The notes under the pieces: generated by a model
What the model was told of the DNA's origin: nothing
Databases searched by the model: none
Seen by the model: only the letters and a program-made list of their open reading frames with translations
Shown here: positions 54,062-55,370 of the stretch, piece after piece
Position numbering within the stretch: position 1 is the first letter of the stretch
Layout of the letters: every line of letters starts with the position of its first letter
Origin: Rhizaria sp. SCN 62-66
Lineage: Eukaryota
DNA length: 55,370 nucleotides
Assembly: GCA_001724265.1 (NCBI GenBank)
Contig: MEDY01000317.1
Span: 1-55,370, forward strand
Direction of reading: 5' to 3'
Made by a program: the position numbers and the translations under genes

Positions 54062-55370
54062 ATTCTCTTTCTCAGCGTCTAATACATACTTTCGTAGACT
54101 TCTTCTAAACTCTCACCCCAAACAAGTCTTCAAACCTTCAAAACCATCCCTGAAATGCGTCACCAACGAGAGCAGCAGCCCTCTCTTGAGGCGCGGCTTT
54201 AATGAATATGAATGCGCAGAGGCTTGTTCGTCAGCGATATTCTTCTTGTAGCTGCTTTGTCCACGGGCCGGTTTATTTGTTATTGCTTTGTGTATTTAGC
54301 TATAAACAACACCTTCTCACGTTATGCTTCACACAATCAAATTCTCTTCTCACACAGAGCTTGGGTGCCTTTCACGACGACCCTTCGGGTTGTAGCCCAC
54401 GCTCTATCATAAAGCGATCCGCATCTACCCCCCGGTGTGGTGTCTTTCTGGTCCTTTCGCGGCTGCCAACGCGGCATCATCACCACCAACCTGTCTTTAG
54501 CTGCTTGCATCGCGTGACCGCAGCTACACAGTCAGGGAGCTCCAGCCCATATGCTTGAGCATAAAGCCGACAAGCTGTCTGCGTGAACCCACGAAGGCTG
54601 GAACAGATTCACCCAGACAAGCGGCATTAAGTCACTCATAATCTTGCACACGGACGAGCGCTATCTGTGCGCCATATGAATGCGGTGATCACACACATGC
54701 GCACCCACACTAGTGAGAGGCCGTGCCAGTTCGAGTGGTGCTGAGAGCGCTTTCACGAATGTTATTGCATCAAGCGCCGCATGGTGAATGCCAATAACAT
54801 TGCCAGTGCCGGCGTTCTCCACATTCTCGACGCTGGCAACGACGCTGGCACATGTCGTAGCATTGCCACTAAGTAGCCAGCAGTCGTTAAAACAACAAAC
54901 GCAGCACAGCAGTCATAACAACGGTGCGCGGACGTTATTCAGGTGCAGCAAGTGCCAGTGCTGGACATGCTACCACAGTAGCGGCGACGGCGGCGGCTGC
55001 AGCGGTGGTCATAGCGGCGACAGACCCACGCACTGCGTTGCAGCGTGTCGGCGTTTCCGACATGCAGTGACGAACATCTGGTATCTTTTTCTTTCTACGT
55101 ATCTACATAGCTTCAATTGACGACAGATATTTAATATATAGTACAATTACGAAAGCGTAATATCCACTGAAGATACACAACAAGTCAACGTACAGTGTAT
55201 GTAGTACGGTACTTATTCAGTTTGTTTAGAGGCTGAAAAGAGACTAGGCGCGAGAAGTCGTTTTGATTGATAATACCCCTGATGTAGAGGTTTATGAAAA
55301 ACGCAAAAACGCGCCTGGAAGGGGCAGTTTGAAATAGCCATACAACTTTGTCAAACTTCCGTCAAATAAA

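Noticed and set aside
54560-55120. Moderately GC-rich patch with short ORFs at the right end
   Set aside because: No consistent frame or gene model could be built; it may be a degenerate fragment.

Overview
Gene-dense nuclear DNA from a flagellated protist. Coding regions are very GC-rich, with long Ala/Gly/Ser/Gln low-complexity insertions; intergenic DNA and introns are AT-richer. I can support 20 protein-coding genes: a 7TM-like membrane protein running off the left edge, two divergent importin-alpha-like ARM paralogs, a papain-fold type I membrane protein, RTN4IP1, two secreted orphans, NDUFAF3, BBS1, an ENT transporter, Cdc14, methionine synthase reductase, acyl-protein thioesterase, Rab28, a zf-4CXXC protein, an ATP6AP2-like protein, mL53, a LicD-family protein, a Fuzzy/Mon1/HPS1-like longin protein and RPS20. 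Twenty GT-AG introns (119-334 nt) were reconstructed by hand, with an unusual GTACGT donor consensus. The main signal is a probable variant nuclear genetic code in which UAG is a sense codon while UAA and UGA remain stops. Three in-frame TAGs interrupt otherwise coherent N-termini (3664 and 3907 on +, 11826-11824 on -). Eighteen genes end in TGA (11) or TAA (7), and the only apparent TAG end is immediately followed by TGA. Gln fits best, but Leu is not excluded. I saw no tRNA, rRNA, mobile element or CRISPR array. All family assignments are by motif recognition, not database search.
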